Shown here piece after piece: positions 16,308 through 25,489 of a stretch of DNA of 36,393 nt. A program made the translations under genes and the position numbers. Each line of letters opens with the position of its first letter. Within the stretch, counting starts at the first letter, position 1. Location of the stretch: IMG/VR virus record IMGVR_UViG_3300020360_000006, positions 1 through 36,393 of that record. One strand, written 5' to 3'. The notes below the pieces were generated by a model. The model was given only the letters and a program-made list of their open reading frames with translations, searched no databases and was not told where the DNA came from. The stretch is from a virus (lineage: Duplodnaviria; Caudoviricetes).

Positions 16308-17000
16308 ATGAATATACAAAGTAAAGATATTAAAAAAAATATCGAAGTTAGTAAAAAACCATTTAACAAAAATCAAATTGAATATTTTTCAGAAAGATTA
16401 AGTAACATCATTAATTCTAAAGAAAGAGAATTAAAACTTAAATATAACGAGGAAATTGAGAAGCTATCAAAGAAAAATAAACAAACATTTGTTAAAAGTT
16501 TAAATCTAGATAATTTAACGAAACAACTAAAACAAGTTGAAAATAAGATTACAAAAAGCTTAGATAATAAAAATAAATTAGTACATAAACTAAATGAAGA
16601 AATATCAAAACTCGATAAGTTAATTCAAACAACCGAGAAAAAATACGAGGCACAAAGAGAAAAATTAGATATTCAAAACAATCAATTAGTTGGTAAAATT
16701 AGAAGCGCATTGGATCGTATGAATGATCTTAGAGAATGGGGTCAAAGATTCGAAATTGAACAAATTAGAGATATTGTAGATTTACAGCGCTTTATAGATA
16801 AAGCTTGTTATGCCGAAACAACTGAAGCATTTTATAAATCTGTAGGGGCAGAAGAATTACAAAAAGTAAGTAATACACAGACCGCCATAATGGATGCTAT
16901 TTATAGTAACAATCTTGATCGTAATATATTAGAGTTTATGAGTACCAAACTCGAGGGAATTGGCATAAAAAACCAATATTTAATAACTAATAATTATTAA
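16308..17000 (+). CDS. Coiled-coil hypothetical protein
   Basis: AGGAG RBS before ATG 16308; K/E/L heptads. Confidence 0.7.
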   Translation: MNIQSKDIKKNIEVSKKPFNKNQIEYFSERLSNIINSKERELKLKYNEEIEKLSKKNKQTFVKSLNLDNLTKQLKQVENKITKSLDNKNKLVHKLNEEISKLDKLIQTTEKKYEAQREKLDIQNNQLVGKIRSALDRMNDLREWGQRFEIEQIRDIVDLQRFIDKACYAETTEAFYKSVGAEELQKVSNTQTAIMDAIYSNNLDRNILEFMSTKLEGIGIKNQYLITNNY

Positions 17001-17029
17001 ATTAGACATAAAAAGAAAGAAAACAAAGC

Positions 17030-17063
17030 AAAGGGAGTCGGCTTTTTATAGGTCGACTCCTTT
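17030..17063. terminator. Hairpin / likely bidirectional terminator
   Basis: AGGGAGTCGGCTT pairs with AGGTCGACTCCTT (with G-U pairs); A-rich upstream, short T run downstream. Confidence 0.65.
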
Positions 17064-17329
17064 ATGATTCAATAACTTAACTTACAAACAACCCGAGTCT
17101 TACATACAAAAAGTTGACTAGACTCATGAAGAAAACAAAAATTAACTATAAATTTAGTGAATTTCTTATGATTTTTGGCTAAAAACTAACAAAAAAAATA
17201 TATATTTCATAAATTTTTAAGTATTTTTCTTAATTTTAGGCGGGTTTTACCAAATGACCATGGGCAAAATCTTTTTCTGTACTCCAGAAGCCAGATAGGT
17301 ACTTCAAACACACAACAACGGAAGGCATT

Positions 17330-17530
17330 ATGACTCTTTTAAAAGTAGATTACGGATATGACATTGATATGGAGATCTTGGACGATAAAGACATGGTCTG
17401 CCTAAAGATAACGGGGTTTGATAACGATATTGAACGTCAAGAATTTGGCGCTTTACTTATGACAGCTATACATTTTGATAAATTATATTTCTCTAAGCTC
17501 TTTAGAACCTCAGAAGAGACATTGCATTAG
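17330..17530 (+). CDS. Hypothetical protein
   Basis: GGAAGG RBS; first gene of the packaging operon. Confidence 0.65.
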   Translation: MTLLKVDYGYDIDMEILDDKDMVCLKITGFDNDIERQEFGALLMTAIHFDKLYFSKLFRTSEETLH

Positions 17531-17534
17531 CTTT

Positions 17535-17786
17535 ATGTCTATAAATTATCGTGGAGAAAGATTTTCTGGTTATAACAAACCAAAAAGAACACCTAACAAA
17601 TCAAAAAAGTTTGCTGTCCTTGCTAAACAAGGGGAACAAGTCAAATTAATTCGTTATGGAGATCCTAATATGTCCATAAAGAAATCGAACCCTGAAAACC
17701 GCAAATCTTTTAGGGCAAGACATCGGTGCGATACAGCACCACCATCAAAATTAACAGCAAGATATTGGTCTTGCAAAAATTGGTAA
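17535..17786 (+). CDS. Small basic conserved phage protein
   Basis: IRYGDPNM...RKSFRARH.CD...ARYWSC..W; likely start ATG 17535. Confidence 0.7.
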   Translation: MSINYRGERFSGYNKPKRTPNKSKKFAVLAKQGEQVKLIRYGDPNMSIKKSNPENRKSFRARHRCDTAPPSKLTARYWSCKNW

Positions 17787-17804
17787 TTATAGAAAGGAAA
17801 CCGA

Positions 17805-17993
17805 ATGACAAATATTTTTAAAGGTCAAATGTCAGAACGAGAAATGGCAAGAATACAAAACTTGATGCAAGGAACTACCGGTGCGCAAATGAGTGAAGCT
17901 GAGTATCAAAGAATGGTAAATGCTATAAAAAGAAAAAGATTAACAGGCGCACAATTAACACAGAAAGAAAAAGCATTGCTAGACAGCATGTAA
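17805..17993 (+). CDS. Hypothetical protein with internal G(A)QMSE.E repeats
   Basis: GQMSERE, GAQMSEAE, GAQLTQKE; AAAGGA RBS. Confidence 0.65.
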   Translation: MTNIFKGQMSEREMARIQNLMQGTTGAQMSEAEYQRMVNAIKRKRLTGAQLTQKEKALLDSM

Positions 17994-17996
17994 ACT

Positions 17997-19286
17997 ATGC
18001 CAACAGTTGTAATACCCTACAAACCTAGGGAAGTACAAAAGCATCTACACAAACAAATAGATAAACACCGATTTAGTGTAATAGTTGCTCATAGGAGGCT
18101 TGGTAAAAGCCTTATGACCATTATGCACTTGATTAAAGATGCTTTAAGAACAAAAAAGAAAAATTATAGGGGGGTTTATGTAGCTCCAACTATAACAATG
18201 GCTAAGTCCGTTGCTTGGGACTATGTAAAAACTTTTACTGAAAAACTGCCTAATACAAAATATAACGAAGCAGAGTTACGGGTTGATTTTTCAAATGGAA
18301 GTAGGTTGCAATTAGTAGGTGCTAATGATGGCGGGCAAAAACTAAGGGGCAGATACTTTGATAGCTGTGTCTTAGATGAAACACAAATGCTATCTGCTGA
18401 TTTGTTCAATCAAATTATTAGACCGGCTCTTGTAGATAGAAATGGATTAGAAGGCGAGCATACTTGGTGTGTTTTTATTGGTACACCACAATTACAGAAT
18501 TATTTTTATCAAATTTTCGAGTACGCACAAAAAACCGAGGGTTGGTACAGTGTTGTCTTGCCAGTTAGTGAGACAAAGGTAGTACCAGAATCAGAATTAG
18601 AACAAGCAAAAAAGATCATGGGCGAAGATGCTTATGAACAAGAGTTTGAATGTTCATTCAATGCTAACATAAGTGGAAGTTTTTATGGGAAACTTATGCA
18701 AAAGGCATATGACGAAGGAAGAATTGGCAAGGTAGATGAAGATCTTGATTTAGAGACTGAAGTTTACCTTGATTTAGGCATGAACGACAATACCGCAATG
18801 TGGTTCGTACAAAGGCACAAACATGAATACAGATTTATTGATTATGCTGAATTTAATGGAGAGGGACTCCAATATTTAGCAGATTTTTTAGAGAAACGTG
18901 GATATGTGTATTCAAGGATTGTAGTACCACACGATATTCGTGTTAAAGAATTAGGTACGGGGGTTTCTAGACTAGAAATTATGCAAAGCTTGGGGGTTGG
19001 CAATATTGAGATAGCTCCAAAATTACCACTAAACGATGGTATTGAGTCAGTAAGACATAATTTTGATAATTTTTGGTTTGATGAAACTAAATGCGCTGAA
19101 GGTATACAGCATCTAAAAGCTTATACAAAAGTTTATGATGCAAGACACAGAATTTATAGAAATAGACCCAAACACGATAATGCTAGTCATTCAGCAGATG
19201 CACTGCGCTATGGCATGGTTATGGGAGGATCTATAAATAGCAAATGGGATCAACCCTTAAACTTAGAAAACAGAGGTATAGTATGA
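17997..19286 (+). CDS. terL: Terminase large subunit
   Basis: Walker A HRRLGKS, Walker B CVLDE, GTP motif, nuclease LDLGMND...SHSADALRY. Confidence 0.95.
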   Translation: MPTVVIPYKPREVQKHLHKQIDKHRFSVIVAHRRLGKSLMTIMHLIKDALRTKKKNYRGVYVAPTITMAKSVAWDYVKTFTEKLPNTKYNEAELRVDFSNGSRLQLVGANDGGQKLRGRYFDSCVLDETQMLSADLFNQIIRPALVDRNGLEGEHTWCVFIGTPQLQNYFYQIFEYAQKTEGWYSVVLPVSETKVVPESELEQAKKIMGEDAYEQEFECSFNANISGSFYGKLMQKAYDEGRIGKVDEDLDLETEVYLDLGMNDNTAMWFVQRHKHEYRFIDYAEFNGEGLQYLADFLEKRGYVYSRIVVPHDIRVKELGTGVSRLEIMQSLGVGNIEIAPKLPLNDGIESVRHNFDNFWFDETKCAEGIQHLKAYTKVYDARHRIYRNRPKHDNASHSADALRYGMVMGGSINSKWDQPLNLENRGIV

Positions 19287-19363
19287 ACTACGAGCATAAA
19301 ACCAAAAATAAAAAAGGTAAAAAAGGAAAAAAAGGTAAAGGCAAGGGAGGCAAGAAATCATAA
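19283..19363 (+). CDS. Lys/Gly-rich 26-aa peptide (not in ORF track)
   Basis: GAGGT RBS, ATGA overlap; MNYEHKTKNKKGKKGKKGKGKGGKKS*. Confidence 0.6.
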   Translation: MNYEHKTKNKKGKKGKKGKGKGGKKS

Positions 19364-19518
19364 TGGGATTATACGATAATATAAATAGAAGGAAACGTAA
19401 TAAGTCTAGCAGACCAAAGAGCAAAAGTACTATTACACCTAAAGCATATGCAGAAATGCAAAAAGGTTTTCCTAACAGCAAAAAAAATAAGGCAAAAAGA
19501 AGAAGAGCTAAAGCATAA
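19363..19518 (+). CDS. Small basic protein, 51 aa (not in ORF track)
   Basis: GGAGG RBS; TAATG coupling on both sides; MGLYDNINRRKRNKSSRPKSKSTITPKAYAEMQKGF...*. Confidence 0.7.
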   Translation: MGLYDNINRRKRNKSSRPKSKSTITPKAYAEMQKGFPNSKKNKAKRRRAKA

Positions 19519-21746
19519 TGTCTAAGATCAGTGAATCAGAGCTTAAATCACTTGTAGGTGGTCATATAAGCAATTCCCAAGGTGTAGACGGGGGTAGCTT
19601 ATCATCACAGCGAGAAAAGTCTCTAGATTATTATTTAAGCGAAAGACTAGGCAATGAAGTCGAAGGAAGGTCACAAGTTGTTTCTTCTGATGTTAGTGAT
19701 GCCATAGAACCACTTATGGCAAACCTTATGCGCATTTTTACGTCAAGCAATGAACTGTGGAGATGCGAACCCGTGGGCGCAGAAGATATTGATGTAGCTG
19801 AACAAGCAACAAATTATATCAATCACGTTTTTTATAAAAAAAATAATGGTTGGTTAGTCCTGCATAACTTTATAAAGGACGCATTGATAGAAAAGAACGG
19901 GGTTTGCAAGGTTTACTATCATCAAACAGACAAAATAGAACGTGAAGAATACAAAAGACTTACAGATGACGAATTTACCTTGTTGGTTGACGATAAAGAG
20001 GTCGAACTTATTGAACACACTGAGTATGTAGACGATAATCCGTCAAATAGTACAGGCGATATGACTAATCCGATTGCACAAGACATGCAGTCTGTAGCAC
20101 CCATGCCACAACCAGATCCGCTTGCTAAGCCACCCATGTTACATGATGCAGTAATACATAGAGTTAATAAAAAAGGTAAATGTGTTGTGGAAGGCATCCC
20201 ACCAGAAGAGTTTTTAATTGAAGCAAGAGCAAAAACTATAGATGAAGCTAATTTTTGCGCACATAGAACAACAAAGACTAGAGGCGAGTTGTTAGAGATG
20301 GGGTACGATAAAGATTTAGTTGATATGTTGCCTAGCAAAAATCAAAGAGATCTTAATTCTGAAGTATCAGCTAGACACAAAGAAATAGACAATAATTTAG
20401 GTCGTGAAACAAATGATTATGCTACTGAGGAAGTTGATATATACGAAACTTATGTAAAATGCGATTACGAAGGCACTGGTAAACCAATATTACGAAAAGT
20501 TACAGTTGCCGGAGAGACTGCGGGTACAATCCTAGACGATGAACCATGTGATACAATGCCATTTGTAAGCATGACACCAATTATTATGCCACACAGATTT
20601 TATGGTAGATCTGTTGCAGAATTAGTCGAGGACGTACAATTAGTTAAAACTTATGTTATAAGGGCATTAAATGATAACATTTATGGTATTAACAACAATC
20701 GACTTATAGTTAATGATAGTGTAACTAACTTATCAGATATTTTAACTAATAGACCAAATATGGTTGTTAGAGTTAAAGGATCACCTAGCGATGCAGTTCA
20801 ATCAATGCCGGTGCAATCTATTGGCGATACCGCTTATCCTTTACTGCAATACTACGATAGTTTGAAAGAAGCCAGAACCGGAGTCACTAAAGTGGGTCAA
20901 GGTCTTGATCCTGATGCTCTTAAATCTAGGACTGCATCTGGTGTAAATCAGGTAATGACACAAGCTCAAGGTCGTATGGAATTTTTTGCACGAACTTTCA
21001 GCAATACAGGAATTAATGATCTAGGTAGAAAGATACTTGAATGTGTAATTAAGTATCAAGACAAAGAAGATATTGTTCGTGTAAACGGAAAATTTGTACC
21101 ATTTAAACCTTATGAATGGAAAGATAGATGCGATATAACAGTTACTTCAGGTCTAGGTAATGGTAACAGAGAACAAAATCTTGTTATGTTAAACTCTATA
21201 CTAGAAAGACAAATACAAGCATTAGAAGTACAAGGCAACCCAGATGCTCCAATTGTAAACGTAAATAAAATATACAATACTCTGAAAAGAATAGTTGAGG
21301 CAGGGGGAATGAAAGATGTAGATTCATTCTTTATGAACCCTATAGAGGGCATGGAAAACATGCCAGAAGAAGAGCCAAAAGAACCATCTGATTTTGAGAA
21401 AGTATCTATGGCACAGATACAAGGAGAAAATCAACGCAAGATACTTGAATTAGAGTTAAAGAATAAACAATTAGAACTTGATAGGACAAAAGCATTGTAC
21501 GATCTTGAACTAAAAGCAAAAGAAATGGAATTAAAATACCAAACGCAGATTGATCAAGAAAAAATAAAAAACGATACAAAGCTTACAACTGAATTAATGA
21601 AACTAGAGGGACAGATGAGATCAGCACCTTCACCACAAAACCCTTCACAGCAGATTGATGTCCCTCAACCAAATCCAATAGATATATCTGATGTTAATGC
21701 GCCTGCGCCTTTACCAAAGTTACCACCAGATGTACCTAAACAATAA
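19518..21746 (+). CDS. Portal protein (P22-like)
   Basis: GNEVEGRSQVVS.DV, ALIEKNG.CKVY, PPEEFLI, PHRFYGRS, ARTGV motifs; C-terminal coiled coil. Confidence 0.93.
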   Translation: MSKISESELKSLVGGHISNSQGVDGGSLSSQREKSLDYYLSERLGNEVEGRSQVVSSDVSDAIEPLMANLMRIFTSSNELWRCEPVGAEDIDVAEQATNYINHVFYKKNNGWLVLHNFIKDALIEKNGVCKVYYHQTDKIEREEYKRLTDDEFTLLVDDKEVELIEHTEYVDDNPSNSTGDMTNPIAQDMQSVAPMPQPDPLAKPPMLHDAVIHRVNKKGKCVVEGIPPEEFLIEARAKTIDEANFCAHRTTKTRGELLEMGYDKDLVDMLPSKNQRDLNSEVSARHKEIDNNLGRETNDYATEEVDIYETYVKCDYEGTGKPILRKVTVAGETAGTILDDEPCDTMPFVSMTPIIMPHRFYGRSVAELVEDVQLVKTYVIRALNDNIYGINNNRLIVNDSVTNLSDILTNRPNMVVRVKGSPSDAVQSMPVQSIGDTAYPLLQYYDSLKEARTGVTKVGQGLDPDALKSRTASGVNQVMTQAQGRMEFFARTFSNTGINDLGRKILECVIKYQDKEDIVRVNGKFVPFKPYEWKDRCDITVTSGLGNGNREQNLVMLNSILERQIQALEVQGNPDAPIVNVNKIYNTLKRIVEAGGMKDVDSFFMNPIEGMENMPEEEPKEPSDFEKVSMAQIQGENQRKILELELKNKQLELDRTKALYDLELKAKEMELKYQTQIDQEKIKNDTKLTTELMKLEGQMRSAPSPQNPSQQIDVPQPNPIDISDVNAPAPLPKLPPDVPKQ

Positions 21747-22141
21747 TGGCAAAAAAAAGTAAACAACTTATAGAGTCTATACTTAGCGAGCTTATAAAAG
21801 CAAAAACTATAAAACAAGTTCTTAAAGAACACGATTTAAGTTTTCAAGCATGGAATACATGGCTAATAAAAGATCCAGAATTGATGAATAGATATCATCA
21901 AACAAAACTATCTGCTCTAGATCTTGAGTTATCTGATTTAGAAGATGAACTTACTAAAGCAATATCAGAGAGTAGAGAAAAAGGCAAAAAGGACATGTCA
22001 TTTATCAATGCTGTAAAGTTAAAAATGACACACATACATTGGAAGCTTTCAAGATTAGATCCAAAAAAATATAGTGGCAATACTACTTTGACACATAAAG
22101 GTGATCAGGCAGAACCACTTATTGTAAAATTTTTAGATTGA
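21746..22141 (+). CDS. terS: Terminase small subunit (Sf6-like)
   Basis: N-terminal HTH with W...DPE...RY, C-terminal WKLSRLDPKKY...H.GD. Confidence 0.7.
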   Translation: MAKKSKQLIESILSELIKAKTIKQVLKEHDLSFQAWNTWLIKDPELMNRYHQTKLSALDLELSDLEDELTKAISESREKGKKDMSFINAVKLKMTHIHWKLSRLDPKKYSGNTTLTHKGDQAEPLIVKFLD

Positions 22142-22142
22142 T

Positions 22143-22412
22143 ATGGATGAAGAATTACGTTTAGCAAAAGAAAACGACAAAGGTGTTCGTGCAGAAGTTT
22201 TGTTAAAAGACGAAATATTTAGAGAAGCTATAGATACTTTAAAAAAAACATACACTGAAGAAATGTTTAAAACAAAGTTTAGCGAAGAACAAAAAAGATT
22301 AAGTTTGTTAGTTCATTTTAATACTTTAGAAAGTATTGAAAAACATATTAAGGATGTCATAAACACAGGCAAACTTGCAAACGAACAATTAAAACAACTT
22401 AAAAAAATTTAG
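22143..22412 (+). CDS. Conserved head-module hypothetical protein
   Basis: A..LL.D..F.EA...TGKLA pattern; between portal and scaffold. Confidence 0.7.
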   Translation: MDEELRLAKENDKGVRAEVLLKDEIFREAIDTLKKTYTEEMFKTKFSEEQKRLSLLVHFNTLESIEKHIKDVINTGKLANEQLKQLKKI

Positions 22413-22454
22413 ATATTCAATTAGTCAACCTACGGGAACTGACTGAATATGTCT
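22411..22454 (+). promoter_or_regulatory. Stem-loop with CUACGG (UNCG) tetraloop in the scaffold leader
   Basis: TAGTCA-A-CC-TACG-GG-AAC-TGACTG flanked by ATATT/AATAT. Confidence 0.55.
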
Positions 22455-22490
22455 GACAATAATGTTAGGCATCATAAAGAAAGGTCTATC

Positions 22491-23516
22491 ATGGCAAATG
22501 ATGGTTCAATATCATCTGCTACTGACAGCATAATTGGTTTATTACAACAGAGCGGTACTACAAATAACGATCTGTCAAGTTTAACCGAAGATGTTACCAT
22601 AGCAGATAAACAAGAAGGTTTGGTTCAAACGCAACCTGACACAGCACAAGAAACAAATGCAACTCAACCAGATTCGGAAGTTGCAGTAGTAGATGAAACT
22701 GTAGAAGTAGGCGAGGATTCAGTAGAGCCAGACGAACAACCAATTCAAGAAACAGAGATAGTTTCAGACGAACCAACTGATGAATATCATACAGTCAAGG
22801 TTCAAGGTGAAACATACGATGTAAATCTTGATGAGCTAAAAGCGGGTTATCAAAGAGAGTCCGATTATAGAAGAAAAACCGAGTCATTAAGTATCGAGAA
22901 GCAACAGCACGTTGAACAAATGCAAAAAGATAGCGCAGTTGTTCAAGAAAAACTGAACAGTCTTGATAAACTTAATCAAATGGCAAGGCAACAACTTGAC
23001 TTAGATGCAGGAGATTTAAACGAACTTATGCAAAAAGATCCAGTTGAAGGAATGAGAAAAAAACATGCTCTTGAACAAAGAGCTATGCAATTACAAGCGC
23101 AAGAAGAAGAAGCTCGAAAAATCAGAGCTAATGAAATGCAAAAAGTTCTCGTAGAAGAAGAGAAAAAGATGTACTTGCGTATTCCTGAAATGAGAGATCC
23201 TGTAAAAAAACAAAAGTTTGTTAATAACATGAGAAGTTATCTTACTTCACTAGATTTCACAGATCGTGAAATTAATGGAGTTACAGATTCTCGATATGTA
23301 AGTCTTATTAGTGATGGCATGAAGTGGCGAGAGTTACAAAAGTCAAAACCTAACATTGCAAAAAAAGTACAAAATACTCCTAAAGTTTTAAGGGGTGGAG
23401 TTGCTACGTCAAAAGGTGTAAGGCAAAAAAGATCATCAGATGAAAAAATGGCTAGACTGAAAAAGACTGGCTCATTAGATGATGCTTCAGCAATACTTAA
23501 AGACATTTTTGGTTAA
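22491..23516 (+). CDS. Capsid scaffolding protein
   Basis: Acidic N-terminus, VKVQGE...V.LDELKAGYQRESDYRRKT, C-terminal RLKKTGS.DDA; AAAGG RBS before ATG 22491. Confidence 0.85.
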   Translation: MANDGSISSATDSIIGLLQQSGTTNNDLSSLTEDVTIADKQEGLVQTQPDTAQETNATQPDSEVAVVDETVEVGEDSVEPDEQPIQETEIVSDEPTDEYHTVKVQGETYDVNLDELKAGYQRESDYRRKTESLSIEKQQHVEQMQKDSAVVQEKLNSLDKLNQMARQQLDLDAGDLNELMQKDPVEGMRKKHALEQRAMQLQAQEEEARKIRANEMQKVLVEEEKKMYLRIPEMRDPVKKQKFVNNMRSYLTSLDFTDREINGVTDSRYVSLISDGMKWRELQKSKPNIAKKVQNTPKVLRGGVATSKGVRQKRSSDEKMARLKKTGSLDDASAILKDIFG

Positions 23517-23558
23517 TCTTCTTTTTTTTAATAACAAATAAAGAAAAGGATAACGACT

Positions 23559-24524
23559 ATGGCAATAGTAACTAATGCAGGGAATACTTATGCAACGGGT
23601 GGACAAGATGCTACTATTAGAGAACAGTTATCGGATGTAATCTCTAATATAAGCCCTTTTGAAACACCTTTCCTAAGTTCCCTTAGAAAAGAAAATGCGA
23701 AGAATACTAAAGTGGAATTTTTAAAAGACACTTTATCTTCTCCGTCAACAAGTAACGCACAGCTAGAAGGTGAAACCTACAGTGCTTCAGCGATCACTGA
23801 TGTAACAAGACTTGACAATATGTGTCAAATTTTTGCTAAATCATTTGCAGTCAGTGGCACTCAGGATTCTGTAGACCATGCTTCCATGAGTACCTATAGC
23901 GCTTACGTTTTGTCAAAAAGAGCAAAAGAACTTAAAACAGACATTGAGTCTGCTCTTATGCAAAATGGTGCTAAAGTATCTGGTGGTACTACAACTGCGA
24001 GAGAACTTGCAGGACTAAAATCTTGGATTGCTACAAACACTTCAAGAGGTACTTCTGGTGCTGACCCAACTGGTGATGGCTCTGATGCTCCTACTGATGG
24101 AACACAAAGAGCAATGACTGAAGATCTACTAAAAACTGTTCTCAAAGGAATTTGGGATAGTGGCGGGGATGCTAAAAATATCTACGTTGGATCTTTTAAT
24201 AAACAGAAGATAAGTTCAGTATTTACTGGCGGTTCATCTGTAACAGTTAACAGAGACACTAAAGATGATACAATCTTTGGTGCTGTTTCAGTCTACCAAA
24301 GTGATTTCGGTCAACTAACTATCAATCCTTCAAGACACCAAAGAGCTAGAGATGCTTGGATCATTGATCCTGATCTATGGGCAGTTGGTACTTTGAGAGA
24401 TTACAAAGTTGAAGAACTTGCTAAAACTGGTGATGCAAAACACTTCTTGTTAACTTGTGAACATACTTTTATTGCTAAAAACGAAAGCGGTAATGGTGTA
24501 GTTGCAGATTTAACAACATCTTAA
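23559..24524 (+). CDS. Major capsid protein (SU10/DUF5309-like)
   Basis: REQLSDVI.NISP.ETPF, N..QIF.K...VSGT, KELK.DIE, YQSDFG, LAKTGDA motifs. Confidence 0.93.
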   Translation: MAIVTNAGNTYATGGQDATIREQLSDVISNISPFETPFLSSLRKENAKNTKVEFLKDTLSSPSTSNAQLEGETYSASAITDVTRLDNMCQIFAKSFAVSGTQDSVDHASMSTYSAYVLSKRAKELKTDIESALMQNGAKVSGGTTTARELAGLKSWIATNTSRGTSGADPTGDGSDAPTDGTQRAMTEDLLKTVLKGIWDSGGDAKNIYVGSFNKQKISSVFTGGSSVTVNRDTKDDTIFGAVSVYQSDFGQLTINPSRHQRARDAWIIDPDLWAVGTLRDYKVEELAKTGDAKHFLLTCEHTFIAKNESGNGVVADLTTS

Positions 24525-24532
24525 TCACTATA

Positions 24533-24564
24533 ATAGTGGGGATCTTTGATCCCCACTATCTTTT
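24533..24564 (+). terminator. Intrinsic terminator after MCP
   Basis: ATAGTGGGGATC-TTT-GATCCCCACTAT followed by CTTTT. Confidence 0.85.
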
Positions 24565-24575
24565 AAGGAAATCAA

Positions 24576-24845
24576 ATGGAATACAGAGATAAAAGTACAG
24601 AAAAAGTTTCAATATCAACAACATCAGCGCAGTCATCAGCAATAGAACAGAGCATTGGTACGATAAGATTAATTTGCACAGCTAGTTCTCATTTTGTAAT
24701 TGGCACAAATCCAACTGCAACAATAAACGATGCTTATATACCGGCAGATACAGAATTTTATCTTGGTATAAGTTCTGGTGAAAAAGTTGCAATACGAACA
24801 GTTACCGGTTCAGGATCAGCTTTTGTAACATCATTAACTAAGTAA
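24576..24845 (+). CDS. Small beta-rich virion protein (head decoration/spike-base-like), paralog 1
   Basis: G.NPTAT...IPA...GEKVA motif shared with the next gene. Confidence 0.65.
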   Translation: MEYRDKSTEKVSISTTSAQSSAIEQSIGTIRLICTASSHFVIGTNPTATINDAYIPADTEFYLGISSGEKVAIRTVTGSGSAFVTSLTK

Positions 24846-24856
24846 AGGACAAAAAA

Positions 24857-25150
24857 ATGGCAATAGGTGGTTATCCAACAGCATATATTTTAGGAAGCAC
24901 ACAAACTGTAACAGCAGGAGCAACTTCCCAACAATCAAGCGCAGTAGCGGGCAAATTAAATATTTATAGAATAGTTGCATCTTGCGACTGTCATATAGAA
25001 ACAGGAGTCAATCCTACAGCGACTACTGGATCAGCAATGATACCGGCATACACAATCGAATATATAGTAATTCCAGAAGGCGAAAAAGTTGCTGTATTGA
25101 AATTCGCTACTCAAACTGGAACTATGTATATAACGGAGTGTACTCGCTAA
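24857..25150 (+). CDS. Small beta-rich virion protein, paralog 2
   Basis: Same motifs as 24576..24845. Confidence 0.65.
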   Translation: MAIGGYPTAYILGSTQTVTAGATSQQSSAVAGKLNIYRIVASCDCHIETGVNPTATTGSAMIPAYTIEYIVIPEGEKVAVLKFATQTGTMYITECTR

Positions 25151-25365
25151 TGTTAGGTGGTCGTTTAACACAGAGAAAAAACATTAGATCTCCCGCAAGA
25201 TACAGAGGTAAAAGAACTGATGTAGGTGGCTCTAATATTCTTGCTGACGATGGTTCTGGTGGCTTTGTTTCTTTAACTATACAAGAAACTAACGACAACA
25301 TTTTGTTAGAACAAGGAAGAAGTTATAACTTAGATACTTCTGAGCCTATTTCACCTAATGGCTAA
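25150..25365 (+). CDS. Hypothetical virion protein (likely start ATG 25150)
   Basis: TAATG coupling; GGAG upstream; DNILLE motif. Confidence 0.6.
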   Translation: MLGGRLTQRKNIRSPARYRGKRTDVGGSNILADDGSGGFVSLTIQETNDNILLEQGRSYNLDTSEPISPNG

Positions 25366-25489
25366 AAAATCTAAAACTTTTACACCGCATGAAAGAATTA
25401 TTAAAAGGACTTCAATTGGAAATCCAAGAAAAACAAAACTTAAATTAAGTTCAATGAATAAACATAAAAGATTAAATAAAGGATTATAA
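25358..25489 (+). CDS. Small basic protein, 43 aa (not in ORF track)
   Basis: MAKKSKTFTPHERIIKRTSIGNPRKTKLKLSSMNKHKRLNKGL*. Confidence 0.65.
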   Translation: MAKKSKTFTPHERIIKRTSIGNPRKTKLKLSSMNKHKRLNKGL

